Origin: an uncultured bacterium
Lineage (GTDB): Bacteria > Verrucomicrobiota > Lentisphaeria > Victivallales > UBA1829
Reading direction: 5' to 3'
Length of the DNA: 64,000 bases
Assembly (NCBI GenBank): GCA_900548385.1
Contig: URKJ01000002.1
Coordinates: 36,212-100,211 of the forward strand
In this document: positions 62,837 through 64,000 of the stretch, piece by piece
How the letters are laid out: each line of letters begins with the position of its first letter
How positions within the stretch are numbered: the stretch's first letter is position 1
Notes under the pieces: generated by a model
The model's input: only the letters and a program-made list of their open reading frames with translations
What the model was told of the DNA's origin: nothing
Database searches by the model: none
Program-made: the position numbers and the translations under genes

Positions 62837-63808
62837 ATGCGCGTTTTTGTGACCGGAGGAGCAGGATATATCGGCAGCGCCTGCGCCGAATATCTGCTGG
62901 ACAGAGGGTATGAAGTAACCGTTTTCGATGACCTGATCACGGGGCATATCGAAGCAGTCGATCCGAGAGCCAAATTCATCAAGGCGAACCTCGGCGACCG
63001 GGAAAATCTGATCAAAGTTGTCAAGGAAGGCAAATACGATGCCGTCATGCACTTTGCCGCCTTCTCGCTCGTCGGCGAATCCATGAAGAACCCAAGCAAA
63101 TATTTCAACAACAATCTTGCCAATGCGATCAATCTTGCCGATGCCGCTGTCGAAGGCGGAGTCAAGACCTTTGTATTTTCCAGTACGGCTGCCACATTCG
63201 GTGAACCGAAAGAGATCCCGATCCGGGAGGACGCCCCCCAGCTTCCCATCAATCCCTATGGCGAATCCAAGCTCTGCTTTGAAAAAGTACTCAACTGGTA
63301 CAGCCGGATTTACGGACTCAAATATGCCGCGCTCCGTTACTTCAACGCCGCCGGCGCAACCGGGAAATACGGCGAGGACCACAATCCGGAAACCCACCTG
63401 ATTCCCATCCTGCTGCAGGTCGCTCAGGGGAAACGCGAAAAAGCCATGCTGTTCGGCGACGACTACGACACGCCGGACGGAACCTGCATCCGCGACTACA
63501 TCCACATTCTTGACCTCGCCCAGGCCCATGAGAAAGCGCTTTATGCTCCGGAAAGCGGGCATTACAACCTCGGAACCGGCAGCGGACTCAGCGTCAGGGA
63601 GATTCTGGAAACGGCACGCAAAGTGACCGGTCATCCGATCCCGGCGGAAGTCGTTCCCCGCCGTCCCGGCGATCCCCCGCGCCTGATCGCGGACTCCACC
63701 CGCGCCCGTCGGGAACTCGGCTGGAAACCGGAGTACGAAGATGCCTCGGCGATCATCGAATCCGTCTGGAAGTGGCTTGCCACCCATCCGAACGGGTATT
63801 CAAAATAA
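62837..63808 (+). CDS. galE: UDP-glucose 4-epimerase
   Basis: Start after AGGAGG. MRVFVTGGAGYIGSACAEYLLDRGYEV...SSTAATFG...YGESKLCFE...LRYFNAAGA. Confidence 0.9.
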   Translation: MRVFVTGGAGYIGSACAEYLLDRGYEVTVFDDLITGHIEAVDPRAKFIKANLGDRENLIKVVKEGKYDAVMHFAAFSLVGESMKNPSKYFNNNLANAINLADAAVEGGVKTFVFSSTAATFGEPKEIPIREDAPQLPINPYGESKLCFEKVLNWYSRIYGLKYAALRYFNAAGATGKYGEDHNPETHLIPILLQVAQGKREKAMLFGDDYDTPDGTCIRDYIHILDLAQAHEKALYAPESGHYNLGTGSGLSVREILETARKVTGHPIPAEVVPRRPGDPPRLIADSTRARRELGWKPEYEDASAIIESVWKWLATHPNGYSK

Positions 63809-63818
63809 ATCAAATCCG

Positions 63819-63850
63819 GTGCGGCGGTTTTCCCGCCGCACATCGTTTCA
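63819..63850 (+). terminator. Intrinsic terminator after galE
   Basis: GTGCGGCGG-ttttc-CCGCCGCAC followed by aTCGTTTC. Confidence 0.5.
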
Positions 63851-63861
63851 GGAACAGGAAA

Positions 63862-64000
63862 ATGGCGGAAAAATGGCATGAACTGGGACCGTATACGGTC
63901 TTCGATTTTGAAACAACCGGGATGAGCCCGGTGCGCGACCGTCCTGTTGAAATCGGAGCGGTCCGCATTGAAACCGATGGTTCCATGTCGCGCTACACCT
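63862..64000 (+). CDS. DEDD 3'-5' exonuclease (DNA pol III epsilon-like), N-terminal part; continues past the right edge
   Basis: MAEKWHELGPYTVFDFETTGMSPVRDRPVEIGAV contains the ExoI motif DxE. Confidence 0.6.
   Translation, partial: MAEKWHELGPYTVFDFETTGMSPVRDRPVEIGAVRIETDGSMSRYT

Overview
GC-rich bacterial chromosomal window. The gene content points to a PVC-superphylum anaerobe, probably Lentisphaerota/Victivallales-like; this is inferred from the many prepilin-type H-X9-DG genes and the acyl-CoA dehydrogenase/EtfAB set. Conserved housekeeping genes sit at about 7.4-20.3 kb (fic, glmM, a hexosamine-1-P salvage set, purE, rpoZ, acd-etfBA) and 50-64 kb (cobalamin riboswitch, tRNA-Pro, nadD-rsfS, cca, rplU, purC, metXW, galE). 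They flank a large accessory carbohydrate block. That block, plus a related cassette at 0.5-7.2 kb, holds six pseudopilin-like genes with a prepilin-type N-terminus and a C-terminal H-X9-DG motif. Five of the six lie 14-42 nt upstream of a glycoside hydrolase; the sixth (E) precedes a regulator and its own paralogue. Four transcription factors are associated with the cassettes (AraC-, LacI- and GntR/PBP-type). Two of the hydrolases are paralogous giants of about 1770 aa. Next to the block are two divergent secretin paralogues in tandem, with no other secretion-machine genes in the window. I propose the pseudopilin-glycosidase cassettes plus the twin secretins as the candidate undescribed system. 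Other notable points: a family of perfect consensus sigma70 promoters with a conserved 5' leader; about 377-bp direct repeats bracketing an AT-richer cassette; and an apparently intact cobalamin riboswitch leading into a truncated metE fused out of frame to the 3' end of glyA. All calls come from reading the ORF translations and the DNA by eye. No searches were run.
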